A DNA stretch of 64,000 bases from an uncultured Spirochaetota bacterium. GTDB lineage: Bacteria > Spirochaetota > Spirochaetia > SZUA-6 > CAVTHK01. Both the position numbers and the translations under genes were made by a program. The stretch's first letter is position 1. Each line of letters opens with the position of its first letter. Below the pieces are notes generated by a model. The model was not told the origin of the DNA, did not search any database, and saw only the letters and a list, made by a program, of their open reading frames with translations. Positions 39,622-49,085 of this stretch are shown here, piece after piece. The DNA is taken from NCBI GenBank assembly GCA_963734495.1, contig CAVTHK010000016.1, positions 132,428 through 196,427 on the forward strand, read 5' to 3'.

Positions 39622-41673
39622 CTACAGCTTGATGCCGTGCTGGTCGCCCAGCACCCTGATCATCATGAGCTGGACGTAGCGGACAAAGAGATCCTTTCGC
39701 CGGATCCGGTCGAAGGCCGAATTGGCGGAAAGCTGCTGCGACAGGCTCTTGATCCGCTCGACGTCGGGCGCCTTCATGGCTGCGCCGTGGCGCAGGATCC
39801 CCCTCATGAAGCTGCGGATCATGGAGTCGACGTCTTCCCTGAGGTCGGCGCGCGCCTTGGGCTCGTAGAGGGGGTTCCACTTCTCCGCCAGCTCGACGAG
39901 TGACAGGGCCAGATCCTTGCCGGACCCGGCAAAATGGTCGCGCAGCCGTTCGAGGCTGCGGCGGTAGACCGCGCCGCGCTGCTTGAGCGTCACAGGCTTG
40001 CCCTTAGGGCCGCCTGCGGACGGACCCACCAGCCGCTTGACGGTCGTCCCGCCTTGGTCGCCGCCTTCGGGTGCCGTCGCCGCGGCCCCCTTCTTCTGCG
40101 CCCCGGGCTGCGCGTCCGCCGGGTGCCCGGCGTCTTCCGGCTCAAGGCGGCGGCCGAAGAGCCCCTCGAAGAACGTGACGATCGCCCGGAGGAATCCGAC
40201 TCGCATCCAGACGGGCACCGCCGCGCGCACCCGGGCCAGGAGCTCGCGGCGGTCGAGCTCCATGATCTGCACGGTCGGCTTGAGCTTTTCCCCGCGCTGA
40301 TCGAAGCATTTTGCCAGGTCGAGCGCGAAGTCCGGAGCGGGCGGGCTCTCCCTCTGCACGCTGTTCAGCAGCGCACTGTCCAGCAGGCGCGCGAGGACGG
40401 GATGGTCCGCCTGCACGACACGCTGGACCTCGCCGGCGAACGCGGCGTCGCTGCTCATGGCGGGCGTCCTGCGCCCGGCGCGCAGCGACCGCTCCCAGCT
40501 CTCGGAAAGCGCATCGGCCGTCGCCTCGGCCGCGCGGGGGATCATCCGCAGCACCACCGGGATGAGCCGGTCGCGGTGCACGAAGTACTCCGAGCCTTCG
40601 CCCGCCTTGACCCGGATGAGCTCGGGCACGGCCTTGCCCGCCGGAGGCCGCATCTTCTCCTTGATGAAGTCGCGGAACGCGTCCTGGCTGCCCTTCGTGA
40701 GGAGCGGCGTTCCGCCGGGGTCCTTGAGACCGAGAAGGTCCTTGAGGGTATAGATGAAGGGTTCCTTGCCGAACTGGGCCTCGACGGCCTTGAGCGCGGC
40801 TCTCGTCTCGTTCTGCCTGCTCTGGCCCGCCGTGCGCATCGCGACCGCGTAGGCGTTGACGATGTGAGCCGCCTGCTGGAATCCGCCCTCCAACGTTTCC
40901 TCGACGCCCTGCTTTTTCTCCTGGGCGATGACGTGCGTGAGTTGCGCCCAGAAACGGAAGTGGACATCCGAGGCGTCCTCGATCGTCTGGCGCGCGGTGC
41001 CGACCCGCATGGCTATGTTGTTGATCATATCGCTGACCAGGGTCTGGTTGCCCCGGTAGGCCGGCGCGAGCCTGCTCTGGACATAGGCGGCGTTGTTCGC
41101 GAGCCCGAGGTGGCATTTGAGCTTGGCGAGCGCGAGGTCCAGGAGCTGACCGTGGATCATTTCCGAAGGCGCCACGATGCTGCGGAGGCTCTCGGGAAAC
41201 AACAGGCGCACCAGCGGCGCCGCGGGCTCGCCCCCCTGCAGGAGCGCGGTCAGCTCGGTGCCCACGTTCGCGGTCGTGACGAGCTCGTTGGGGATCGACA
41301 GCCCGAGCTCCGCTTCGCTGGGGAAGGGGGCCTCTGGCGATTCCTCGGCTTTGCGGTACGCCTCGCGCACCGTCTCGACGTAGTAGAGGGGATAGTCGAT
41401 GCGCTCCACGACGCCGTCGGCGAAGCTCAGGCGGCACTGGCCTGAGCGGGCCAGCTCGGCGAGGGTGACGGCGAGGGCGGCGCGCACGTCGGGGAGGAAC
41501 GCGTCGAGCTGCCGGTACTGGCCGCGATAGCGCTCCACGTAGCGTTCGGCGTACTCGGCGAACGCGGGGAACCCCACTTCGGGTGCCTTCTGCTTGCGGG
41601 TAAAGGCTTTCAGAATCGTGACGGTGCTCTGGCGCAGGTACGTCGCCTGGTCCGACGAGGCCTTGGCGTCCAT
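39622..41673 (-). CDS. Hypothetical protein, 683 aa, no recognisable motif
   Basis: Intact ORF with GC3-rich codon usage like its neighbours. Sequence looks mostly helical. Contains a Gly/Ala/Lys/Pro low-complexity linker (PADAQPGAQKKGAAATAPEGGDQGG...GGPKGKP). It is the last gene of the clpS-clpA strand run. Confidence 0.6.
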   Translation of the reverse strand: MDAKASSDQATYLRQSTVTILKAFTRKQKAPEVGFPAFAEYAERYVERYRGQYRQLDAFLPDVRAALAVTLAELARSGQCRLSFADGVVERIDYPLYYVETVREAYRKAEESPEAPFPSEAELGLSIPNELVTTANVGTELTALLQGGEPAAPLVRLLFPESLRSIVAPSEMIHGQLLDLALAKLKCHLGLANNAAYVQSRLAPAYRGNQTLVSDMINNIAMRVGTARQTIEDASDVHFRFWAQLTHVIAQEKKQGVEETLEGGFQQAAHIVNAYAVAMRTAGQSRQNETRAALKAVEAQFGKEPFIYTLKDLLGLKDPGGTPLLTKGSQDAFRDFIKEKMRPPAGKAVPELIRVKAGEGSEYFVHRDRLIPVVLRMIPRAAEATADALSESWERSLRAGRRTPAMSSDAAFAGEVQRVVQADHPVLARLLDSALLNSVQRESPPAPDFALDLAKCFDQRGEKLKPTVQIMELDRRELLARVRAAVPVWMRVGFLRAIVTFFEGLFGRRLEPEDAGHPADAQPGAQKKGAAATAPEGGDQGGTTVKRLVGPSAGGPKGKPVTLKQRGAVYRRSLERLRDHFAGSGKDLALSLVELAEKWNPLYEPKARADLREDVDSMIRSFMRGILRHGAAMKAPDVERIKSLSQQLSANSAFDRIRRKDLFVRYVQLMMIRVLGDQHGIKL

Positions 41674-41779
41674 TCCGCGGCTCAGGATATCGGCAACGGA
41701 GGCATTTGTCTACTTTGGATTCCGGCCGGCGCCGGCTCGGCCCGGCGTGATCTCCGCTTCCGCGCCGGGCGAAGGCGCG

Positions 41780-42145
41780 TCAGGAGACCTCGGCCCCGTC
41801 CGCCGGGGGCTCGCCCTTTACCTTGTAGCGGCCCCGGTTGATGTAGAAGATGTAATCGTAGTCGCTCTTCTTCTCTTCCTCGAGGACGATCCGCGCGATC
41901 GTTCCCAGGGTGCCCCAGTTGACCTGGTGCAGCCCTTTCCTGCGAAGGAACTTGTCGAGGGCGGCGCCCGAGAGCTCCAACCAGCGGTCGTTGCCCACCG
42001 CATCCGTGCCGGCGTTGACCTCGATGATCAGCTCCTTGTTCCACTCGCCCGTGTGGATCTGCGTGCGGACCTTGACGATCCGGATGGCATCATCCCGGTG
42101 GATAACCGCCGGCTCCTCGGACTTGGGCTGGACGAAGTGCGCCAT
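41780..42145 (-). CDS. Hypothetical protein, 121 aa
   Basis: ATG 42145 (MAHFVQPKSEEPAV) within ORF 41780..42172, starting 48 nt after the clpA stop on the same strand. No motif recognised. Confidence 0.5.
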   Translation of the reverse strand: MAHFVQPKSEEPAVIHRDDAIRIVKVRTQIHTGEWNKELIIEVNAGTDAVGNDRWLELSGAALDKFLRRKGLHQVNWGTLGTIARIVLEEEKKSDYDYIFYINRGRYKVKGEPPADGAEVS

Positions 42146-42193
42146 TCTGCCCCCTGATCTGGCTTTCAGCATAGCGGCCGATCGCGACCTCCG

Positions 42194-44521
42194 TCAAGGG
42201 CGCTGTGCCGGAGCCTCCGGCTGCGCCGGGGTGCCCGGCGGCAGGGGTTCGGTGCGGATGACCACCTGGTCGCCTTCGAGGTCGACGATGGCCTTTCCTC
42301 CGCCGGCGAGCGTGCCGAAGAGGACCGCGTCCACGAAGAACCCCTTGACCTTGTCCTGGACGAGGCGGGCGACGTTGCGCGCCCCGAACTCCTCGCTGTA
42401 GCCCTTTTCGGCAAGGTGCGTGCGGCACGCCTCGGTGACTTCGAGGACGACGTTCTTCTCCTTGAGCTGCGCCGCGAACAGCCGCATCTCCTTGTCGACG
42501 ATCTGCAGCATGATCCTTTCGTCGAGGCGGTTGAACGTCACGACCTTGTCCAGCCGGTTGCGGAACTCGGGCGCGAAGATGCGCTGCACGGCCTCGTCGA
42601 TGGCCTCGCGGTTCTTGTTGCGCTCGCCGAAGCCGATCGAAGACTTGCCGAGCTCCCGTGCGCCGGCGTTCGAGGTCATGATGATGATCACGTTGCGGAA
42701 GTCCGCCTTGCGCCCCTGGTTGTCGGTCAGCGTGGCGTAGTCCATGACCTGCAGGAGCACATTGAAGACGTCCTGGTGCGCCTTCTCGATCTCGTCGAGC
42801 AGCAGCACCGCGTGCGGCGTCTTGCGGATCGCGTCCGTGAGCAGGCCTCCCTCCTCGTAGCCGACGTATCCCGGAGGCGCCCCGACGAGACGGGCCACCG
42901 TGTGCCGCTCCTGGTACTCGCTCATGTCGTAGCGGTGGAGGGCGATGCCGAGCGTGTCGGCGAGCTGGCGGCAGAGCTCGGTCTTCCCGACACCCGTCGG
43001 CCCGACGAACAGCATGGAGGCGACCGGCTTGTCGGGCGAGCGGAAGCCGGCCCGCGATCGCTTGATGGCCGACGCCACCGCATCGACCGCCTCGTCCTGG
43101 CCGAAGATGTTGGCCTTGAGCTGGACCTCGAGGTTCTTGAGCCTGTCCGCCTCCGTGAGCGAAACGGTCTTGACCGGGATCTTCGCGATCTTGGAGACGA
43201 CCTCCTCGATCTCCTGGAGGGACAGGGTCGGGTCCAGCCGCGGCCCGTTCTTGAACGTGAGGATCCGGTTGTAGGCTCCGGCCTCGTCGATCACGTCGAT
43301 CGCCTTGTCCGGGAGATGGCGGTCGTTGATGTACTCGTGCGAGAGGTTCACCGCCGCGTGCAGCGCGTCGTCGGTGTACTTGACCTGGTGGAACTTCTCG
43401 TACCGGTCCCGCAGCCCCTGCAGGATCAGGAACGTCTCGTCGGGCGTCGTCTCCGGCACCTCGATCTTCTGGAATCGGCGCGAGAGCGCCCGGTCCTTGT
43501 CGAAGTGCTTCTTGAACTCGTCGTACGTCGTCGAGCCCATGCACCGGAGCTTCCCGGTCGCGATGGCGGGCTTGAGCAGGTTGGAGGCGTCGAGCGTTCC
43601 CCCCGAGGCGGCCCCGGCGCCGACGACCGTGTGGATCTCGTCGATAAAGAGGATCACCTTCTGCTTCTGCTCGAGCTCCTTGAGCACCATCTTCATGCGC
43701 TCTTCGAAGTCGCCGCGGAAGCGGGTGCCGGCGAGCACGCTCCCCATATCGAGGCCGTAGATGCTGTAGCCGCGCAGGAGGTCGGGCACCTTGTCCTCCG
43801 CGATGCGGGCGGCCAGCCCTTCGGCGATCGCCGTCTTGCCGACCCCCGGGTCGCCGACCAGGACCGGGTTGTTCTTGATCCTGCGGCAGAGGACCTGCAC
43901 GGTGCGCTCCACGATGTCGTCGCGGCCGATCAGCGGTTCGAGCTCGCCCTTGCGCGCGGCCTCGGTGAGGTCGCGCGTAAAGGTCGCGAGCGCGCTGCGG
44001 CGGGCCTTCCTGGGGCCCGGCTGCTCCTCGCCCTCCGCGCCGCCCTCCTCGCTCGCCTCGCCCTCCCCGTCGTCGCCGCCGGCGGGCGCCTCGTCACCGA
44101 GGTCGATCCCGTGAGAGATGACGCGCAGGAGGTTGTAGCGCGAGAGGCCCGCCTTGCGCAGGTAGTAGGAGCCGAAGGACTTCTCCTCGTCGAAGATGGA
44201 GACCAGGACGTCGCTCAGCTCGACGGATTCCTTGGCCGCCGCTTCGGTGTGGAAGACCGCCCGCTGGATGACCTGCTGGAACCCGAGGGACTGGGTCGGC
44301 TCGGACTTTTCGACCACGGGCACCCGTTTCGCCAGGTGCTCCTCGAGCCCTTCCTTGATCTCCTCGGGGTCGATCCCGCACCTGCGGAGTATCTCCTGCG
44401 GCTCGTCGAAGAACAGAGCCGCGTAGAGCACGTGCTCCGGCGTCAGGTACTCGTGCCTGCGCTCCTTGGCGTCCATGTAGGCTGCCTTGAGCACGCCCTG
44501 GACTTCGTCGCTGACCTTCAT
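42194..44521 (-). CDS. clpA: ATP-dependent Clp protease ATP-binding subunit ClpA
   Basis: 775 aa. Carries the Clp N-domain and two AAA+ modules with GDPGVGKT and GPTGVGKT Walker A motifs. It lacks the long ClpB middle domain and follows clpS directly. Confidence 0.92.
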   Translation of the reverse strand: MKVSDEVQGVLKAAYMDAKERRHEYLTPEHVLYAALFFDEPQEILRRCGIDPEEIKEGLEEHLAKRVPVVEKSEPTQSLGFQQVIQRAVFHTEAAAKESVELSDVLVSIFDEEKSFGSYYLRKAGLSRYNLLRVISHGIDLGDEAPAGGDDGEGEASEEGGAEGEEQPGPRKARRSALATFTRDLTEAARKGELEPLIGRDDIVERTVQVLCRRIKNNPVLVGDPGVGKTAIAEGLAARIAEDKVPDLLRGYSIYGLDMGSVLAGTRFRGDFEERMKMVLKELEQKQKVILFIDEIHTVVGAGAASGGTLDASNLLKPAIATGKLRCMGSTTYDEFKKHFDKDRALSRRFQKIEVPETTPDETFLILQGLRDRYEKFHQVKYTDDALHAAVNLSHEYINDRHLPDKAIDVIDEAGAYNRILTFKNGPRLDPTLSLQEIEEVVSKIAKIPVKTVSLTEADRLKNLEVQLKANIFGQDEAVDAVASAIKRSRAGFRSPDKPVASMLFVGPTGVGKTELCRQLADTLGIALHRYDMSEYQERHTVARLVGAPPGYVGYEEGGLLTDAIRKTPHAVLLLDEIEKAHQDVFNVLLQVMDYATLTDNQGRKADFRNVIIIMTSNAGARELGKSSIGFGERNKNREAIDEAVQRIFAPEFRNRLDKVVTFNRLDERIMLQIVDKEMRLFAAQLKEKNVVLEVTEACRTHLAEKGYSEEFGARNVARLVQDKVKGFFVDAVLFGTLAGGGKAIVDLEGDQVVIRTEPLPPGTPAQPEAPAQRP

Positions 44522-44548
44522 CGGACCTCCGTGCGCCTCATTGCGGCG

Positions 44549-44860
44549 TCACGCTTCCTCGACGGTGCACCGGAGCGGGAACTCCTGCTCCCGCGCCATC
44601 TCGTGCACTCTGTTCGCCTTGGTCTGTGCCACATCCCAAGTATACACGCCCACGACCCCGCGCCCAGTCCGGTGGACGAGGAGCATGATCCGGGTCGCCT
44701 CGATGGGGGGCTTGTGAAACACCACCCGAAGGACGTGGACCACGAAATCCTTGGTGGTGAAGTCGTCGTTGTGGAGCACGACCTTGTACATGGTCGGCTC
44801 CTTGAGCTTTTCCTTATGACGCTCGAGAATCTCGCTGTCGGGTCGATCCTGCCCTTGCAC
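44549..44860 (-). CDS. clpS: ATP-dependent Clp protease adaptor ClpS
   Basis: GTG 44860 follows GGAGGGG. The core MYKVVLHNDDFTTKDFVVHVLRVVFHK...A is typical of ClpS. 103 codons. Confidence 0.85.
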   Translation of the reverse strand: MQGQDRPDSEILERHKEKLKEPTMYKVVLHNDDFTTKDFVVHVLRVVFHKPPIEATRIMLLVHRTGRGVVGVYTWDVAQTKANRVHEMAREQEFPLRCTVEEA

Positions 44861-44884
44861 GGGGCCCCCCTCCGGTCCCCCATA

Positions 44885-44914
44885 ATAGTAAGGAAAACCA
44901 CGCCGGCCTGACAA
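44885..44914 (-). promoter_or_regulatory. Sigma70-like promoter TTGTCA-N18-TACTAT for clpS-clpA
   Basis: On the minus strand, TTGTCA is at 44914-44909 and TACTAT at 44890-44885, about 25 nt upstream of GTG 44860. Confidence 0.4.
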
Positions 44915-44916
44915 GG

Positions 44917-45095
44917 GACAGGCGCCCTGGTCCCGACCGGAGGTCGGGAAGGTCCCGGGGGTGGCGCCGCCAGGCGCCCTGGTCACTCCGTCGCTACGCT
45001 CCGGACCTTCGGGGCGTACTCGCCGGAGATGGCGAAGGCGCCACCCAAGCGACAGGCGCCCTGGTCCCGACCGAAGGTCGGGACCGTCCCGGGGG
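44917..45095. repeat. Two 45-bp direct repeats (42/45 identical), each forming an 8-10 bp hairpin, 134 bp apart; a third short CAGGCGCCCTGGTC copy lies between them
   Basis: The first copy is GACAGGCGCCCTGGTCCCGACCGGAGGTCGGGAAGGTCCCGGGGG at 44917-44961. The second is GACAGGCGCCCTGGTCCCGACCGAAGGTCGGGACCGTCCCGGGGG at 45051-45095. The core stem is GGTCCCGACC/GGTCGGGACC. Confidence 0.6.
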
Positions 45096-45163
45096 TCCGG
45101 AGGCTCCGAGCGGAGCGAGGAGGTGCGCCGCCCCAGGCGCACGGCCGGTCGGGCCGGCGAAAG

Positions 45164-46111
45164 CTATCTCAGCGCGTCCAGGCGCCGCGTCACGGCCGGC
45201 GATGCCCGCAGCATGGCATCGTGCAGGCGCCGGTGCAGGTCGAGGAACGGTTCCCCCTTGATCTCGACGATCGCGCGGTAAGCGTCACGGTCGTTCGAAA
45301 GCTCGCGCTCCATCTGCGAGGCCGCGAACTTGCGGAAGTAGTCCTCGACGCCGGCCTCTTTCTGGTGGAGAGTCCAGGCTTGGAACTCGTTGATCAGGAG
45401 GTAGTTGTCCTCGACGTTGTACTCCTGCCACGCGAGGAAGAGCCTGTAGAACCGCCGCAGCTCGGGTGTGAGCGATGCCCAGATGTCGCGGCACGCGGCC
45501 GCATACCCGCGCTCGAGGTAGAAGACCGCGTGACTCACCTCGTGGTAGATGTGCAGCCGCCGCAGCGCGGGCCCCGACTCCCGCGAGATCGAGAGGATCC
45601 CGCCGGGCGCGGGCTCATAGCGGTCGACGCGCCGCCGCAGCGCGCCATTGGATTCCAGGACCGCGATCAGCTGCTCCTCCTCGGGGAGGAGCGGGACCCC
45701 CCTCTCCTCCGCGAGCGTAAAGAACCGGGCCAGGTCCTCGTTGTAGTAGTTGTGCGCAAAATACCCGTGCAGGCCGGCGATCGCCTCGTAATCCTCTATG
45801 CGGCCGACATGGCCGGCCTTCTCCACGAAGAACGCCAGCCTGTGGAAAATGCGCTCCTGCGCCTCGTAGCTTTTCGTGTCCAGGAGGATGAACCCTGGAA
45901 TGGCATCCCAGCGGTAGACTTCGAAGTCCGTTCGTCGCCATCCGCCGTCCTTGCCCGCGGCGAGCGCGCCCGGGTCGATCGGCCGCGCGACGAGCGAGCG
46001 ATCGACGCTCTGTGCAGCGGAGGGGAGCGCGGCGATTGCGAGCGCCGCGGCCGCGAGAGCGCGCAGCAACCGGCCGCGAGGGCGCGGCCCGGCCGGTCTC
46101 GAGGCGGTCAC
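45164..46111 (-). CDS. Hypothetical secreted protein with an HExxH motif (possible metallopeptidase)
   Basis: 315 aa with signal-like LLRALAAAALAIAALPSAAQS. Single HEVSH motif (IYHEVSHAVFY). Starts 5 nt after the sod stop on the same strand. Confidence 0.45.
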   Translation of the reverse strand: MTASRPAGPRPRGRLLRALAAAALAIAALPSAAQSVDRSLVARPIDPGALAAGKDGGWRRTDFEVYRWDAIPGFILLDTKSYEAQERIFHRLAFFVEKAGHVGRIEDYEAIAGLHGYFAHNYYNEDLARFFTLAEERGVPLLPEEEQLIAVLESNGALRRRVDRYEPAPGGILSISRESGPALRRLHIYHEVSHAVFYLERGYAAACRDIWASLTPELRRFYRLFLAWQEYNVEDNYLLINEFQAWTLHQKEAGVEDYFRKFAASQMERELSNDRDAYRAIVEIKGEPFLDLHRRLHDAMLRASPAVTRRLDALR

Positions 46112-46116
46112 CGCGG

Positions 46117-46725
46117 CTACATCGCCTTCTTGTAGTTCGCTTCTACCTGTGTCCAGTTGATGATGTTCCAGAACGCCGCAATATATTCGGGCCTGCGGTT
46201 CTGGTACTTAAGGTAGTACGCATGCTCCCAGACGTCCAGCCCCAGGATGGGCACCATGCCTTCCATCAGCGGATTGTCCTGGTTGGGCGTGCTCGAGACT
46301 ACGAGCTTCCTGGACTTGTCGAGGCTCAGCCAGGCCCAGCCGCTCCCGAAGCGGTTGGCCGCGGCGTCGGAAAACTGGGTCTTGAACGCGTCGAAGCTCC
46401 CGAACGCCTTGTTGAGCGCGTCGGCTACCGCGCCCGCCGGCTTGCCGCCGTGGGCGGAGAGCAGCGGCCAGAACAGGCTGTGGTTGTAGTGACCGCCCCC
46501 ATTGTTCCGCACCGCGGTGCGGATCTCGGAAGGCACGGCGTCGAGGTTGCGGAGCAGGTCCTCGATGCTCTTCGAAGCGACGCCGGCTTTGCCCTCCAGA
46601 GCCTGGTTGAGCTTCGTCACGTAGGTCCCGTGATGCTTGTCATGGTGTATTTCCATGGTTTTCGCGTCGATATACGGCTCGAGCGCGTCGAACTTATACG
46701 GAAGGTCGGGAACCGTGAAGGCCAT
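46117..46725 (-). CDS. sodA: Fe/Mn-family superoxide dismutase (Mn-type features)
   Basis: 202 aa. Motifs present: [39 protein letters not shown]. The Gln in the NQD context, rather than the N-terminal domain, suggests the Mn type. Confidence 0.9.
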   Translation of the reverse strand: MAFTVPDLPYKFDALEPYIDAKTMEIHHDKHHGTYVTKLNQALEGKAGVASKSIEDLLRNLDAVPSEIRTAVRNNGGGHYNHSLFWPLLSAHGGKPAGAVADALNKAFGSFDAFKTQFSDAAANRFGSGWAWLSLDKSRKLVVSSTPNQDNPLMEGMVPILGLDVWEHAYYLKYQNRRPEYIAAFWNIINWTQVEANYKKAM

Positions 46726-46919
46726 CTTGCGACTCCTTGGTCCATCGGACTTAGGCGACCGCCGTTCGCCGGCGCGAAGTTGATCGCCACAGTCAAGATA
46801 ACAACCACCGCACGCGCAGGCAAAGCGAACCAGCGGGCCGACGCCCGGAGAGGCGCTGTGCGCAAGCCGGACGCAGCCTCTTGCCAGATGGGGCTCCAGA
46901 GACGAGATTGAAGGAGACC

Positions 46920-47873
46920 ATGTGGGTCTTCAACGGCGAGGCAGTCCAGCAGTTCCTGGGAAGGGTCGCCGAGGGCTTCCAGCACGGGCCGCTCGAGCTC
47001 GCCGAATTCGCGGCGATGTTCCTCGTGCTGCTGGGCGTCCCGCTGCTGCTGGGGGTGGTCACGACGCGGCGCAGCCGCGCGCGGGCGCGGTCCGCGGCGA
47101 TGGCGCGCTTCCAGGAGGCCGCCGCGGCCGCAGGGCTCGTGCCCGAGGAGCTGGAGGCGCTGATCGCCATGGCGCGGCGCTTCTCGCCCGACCCGCTGCG
47201 GTGGCCGGCCGTGCTCACGCGCGCGGCCGCCTTTAACGCCGCGGCCGCTCGGGGCGGGCTCGATGCGGCGATGCTCGCCCGACTCCGGTGGAAGCTGCGG
47301 CTGATCGAGCGGGGGCCGCGTGCGCGGCTGCATTCGACCGTCGAGCTGGAGCCGGACGAAGTCCTGCTCGTGACGGCCGGCGATGCCGCCGTGGCGGGTC
47401 GGGTGACTTCAGTAAGCGCAGAGCGCTTCGAGCTGCACGTCGGCCGGCCGGTACCGGCCGGCACCGTCAAGGTGCGCGCGACCCGCGACTCGGGCATCTA
47501 CGACGTCGAGGTGCCGGTGCTCTCCAGCGAGGGAGGCATCCTGCGCCTCGGCCACGGGGAAATCGCCTCCCGCGTGCAGAACCGCCGTTTCCTGCGCCGC
47601 ACCGTCCGCGGCGCCGCGCTCGTGACCACCGCTTCGGGGGCGGAGGTCAGGGTGCGGCTCGTCGATCTCAGCGGCGGCGGCGCCCGGGTGCGCGGGCCTG
47701 CGGCCGGGGTCCTGGTGGGCGACGCGGTGACTCTGCGGTTCGCCCGGCCCGGGGGATCGACCTCGACGATCGCGTCGAGGGTGGTGCGCGTCGCCGGCGA
47801 CGGGTTCAGTCTTGCCTTCGAGGACGTCCCGGGCCCTGTGCGCGAAGAGCTGATCCGGCTCCTCGGCCGCTAA
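46920..47873 (+). CDS. PilZ domain protein (putative c-di-GMP receptor)
   Basis: ATG 46920 follows AAGGAG. One N-terminal TM segment. C-terminal RRFLRR ... DLSGGGARV matches the RxxxR / DxSxxG PilZ motifs. Confidence 0.7.
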   Translation: MWVFNGEAVQQFLGRVAEGFQHGPLELAEFAAMFLVLLGVPLLLGVVTTRRSRARARSAAMARFQEAAAAAGLVPEELEALIAMARRFSPDPLRWPAVLTRAAAFNAAAARGGLDAAMLARLRWKLRLIERGPRARLHSTVELEPDEVLLVTAGDAAVAGRVTSVSAERFELHVGRPVPAGTVKVRATRDSGIYDVEVPVLSSEGGILRLGHGEIASRVQNRRFLRRTVRGAALVTTASGAEVRVRLVDLSGGGARVRGPAAGVLVGDAVTLRFARPGGSTSTIASRVVRVAGDGFSLAFEDVPGPVREELIRLLGR

Positions 47874-48481
47874 GGCTGCGCGTCGAACCACGCCGGCGTG
47901 GCCTGTGCCACGAAATCCAGCCACGCGTTCCGCTCGGCCGCCGACCGCTCGCGCAAGCCGTACAGCATGTGGACGCGGCTCGCGGCGAGGTCGCAGTAGC
48001 CGAACACCGACTCGCGCCAGAAGATCTCCAGCGGGGCGCGGCCTTCAGTTTCTCCCTCTCTCGCTTCGGTCGTCGCGAAGACCAGGGCCCGCTTCGCGGC
48101 GAGGAGCCCGCGCTTGCGCTTGACGCCGGGCTCCTCGCCCTCGAACTCGTAGGCCAGGCCAGGGCGGAAGACCCGGTCGATCCAGCCCTTGAGCACGGCG
48201 GGAGGAGCGCCCCACCACTCGGGGTGCACGAACAGCAGCCCGCCGCACGACTCCAGCTCGTTGCCGTGGGCCTGCACCTGTGCGTCGAAGCTGTAGCCCC
48301 TGCGCAGCTCGCTGGCGCTGAGCACGGGGTCGAAGCGCTCCGCGTACAGGTCGTGGAAGCGCACGGCGTGGCCTGCCGCACGCAGGGCGTCGCAGGCGCG
48401 CCGCGCGACGGCGGCGTTGAAGCTGTCCCGCTCGGGATGGCAAAGCACGACAAGAGCTTCCACGGCAAGCCAATATAGCAT
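47870..48481 (-). CDS. Flavodoxin-like-fold NAD(P)H dehydrogenase (quinone) family protein
   Basis: LVVLCHPERDSFNAAV and LLFVHPEWWGAPPAVLKGWIDRV are typical of the NQO/YrkL-type family. The stop codon overlaps the PilZ stop (CTAA). Confidence 0.65.
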   Translation of the reverse strand: MLYWLAVEALVVLCHPERDSFNAAVARRACDALRAAGHAVRFHDLYAERFDPVLSASELRRGYSFDAQVQAHGNELESCGGLLFVHPEWWGAPPAVLKGWIDRVFRPGLAYEFEGEEPGVKRKRGLLAAKRALVFATTEAREGETEGRAPLEIFWRESVFGYCDLAASRVHMLYGLRERSAAERNAWLDFVAQATPAWFDAQP

Positions 48482-48527
48482 CGTGCGGCGGGGCCGCGCC
48501 AAAGTCGTCCACGGGCTGCCGCACCGT

Positions 48528-48556
48528 TTGACGCAGGCGCCTTCACATGTTATTTT
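48528..48556 (+). promoter_or_regulatory. Sigma70-like promoter TTGACG-N17-TATTTT upstream of the Rrf2 gene
   Basis: Hexamers read directly, in the only AT-rich patch of this intergenic region. Confidence 0.4.
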
Positions 48557-48561
48557 GTTCT

Positions 48562-48586
48562 AACTCGGACCAAAATGGTCCGAGTT
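48562..48586. promoter_or_regulatory. Perfect 10-bp palindrome AACTCGGACC-AAAAT-GGTCCGAGTT; candidate Rrf2 operator
   Basis: Starts 6 nt after the -10 hexamer. A second hairpin, GGCCTGCC-N6-GGCAGGCC, follows at 48589-48610. Confidence 0.5.
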
Positions 48587-48621
48587 GAGGCCTGCCGAGT
48601 CGGGCAGGCCGTGAGGGGCGG

Positions 48622-49053
48622 ATGTTCCGGATCAACAAGGACATCGAGTACGGGCTGCTCGCTCTTCGGGCGATGGACCAGGATCGCAGGGTGTTTTCCG
48701 CGCGCGAGCTGGCCGACAGGCTGGCGGTCCCCCCGGGGATTCTTTCGAAAATCCTGCAGAAGCTTTCGCACGCCGGGATTCTGGTGTCGGTCCAGGGGCA
48801 GAAGGGCGGCTACAGGCTGGAGCGCTCAGGCGACGAGATCACCATAGGGAGCGTGATCGACGCGGTGCACGGGCACGAGCGAATCGTCGCCTGCATGGAG
48901 GAGCCCGGCACCTGCGACCAGCTCGACACGTGCACCATCCGGCACAGCTTCGAGAGCGTTCAGGGGATGTGGCTCGAGTTCCTGAACTCGCTCACCCTGA
49001 GGCGCTTCGCGGAGATCGAAGGCAGGCGGCAGCCCGCCGGAGCGGAGACGTGA
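48622..49053 (+). CDS. Rrf2 family transcriptional regulator (IscR/SufR-like, Cys-containing)
   Basis: N-terminal wHTH (YGLLALRAMDQ...ARELADRLAVPPGILSKILQKLSHAGILVSVQGQKGGYRL). Three spaced Cys residues (CMEEPGTCDQLDTC). Confidence 0.85.
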   Translation: MFRINKDIEYGLLALRAMDQDRRVFSARELADRLAVPPGILSKILQKLSHAGILVSVQGQKGGYRLERSGDEITIGSVIDAVHGHERIVACMEEPGTCDQLDTCTIRHSFESVQGMWLEFLNSLTLRRFAEIEGRRQPAGAET

Positions 49054-49085
49054 GCCATGGCGGACGCGGTGAGGCGGGGCGAGCG

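Noticed and set aside
44917-45095. Possible CRISPR array (and likewise 49086..49198)
   Set aside because: There are only two to three imperfect copies with unequal spacing, and no cas genes anywhere in the window.
47870-47873. Overlapping stop codons of the convergent PilZ and NQO-like genes (CTAA) as a regulatory feature
   Set aside because: A 4-nt convergent overlap is common in compact high-GC genomes, and nothing else suggests function.
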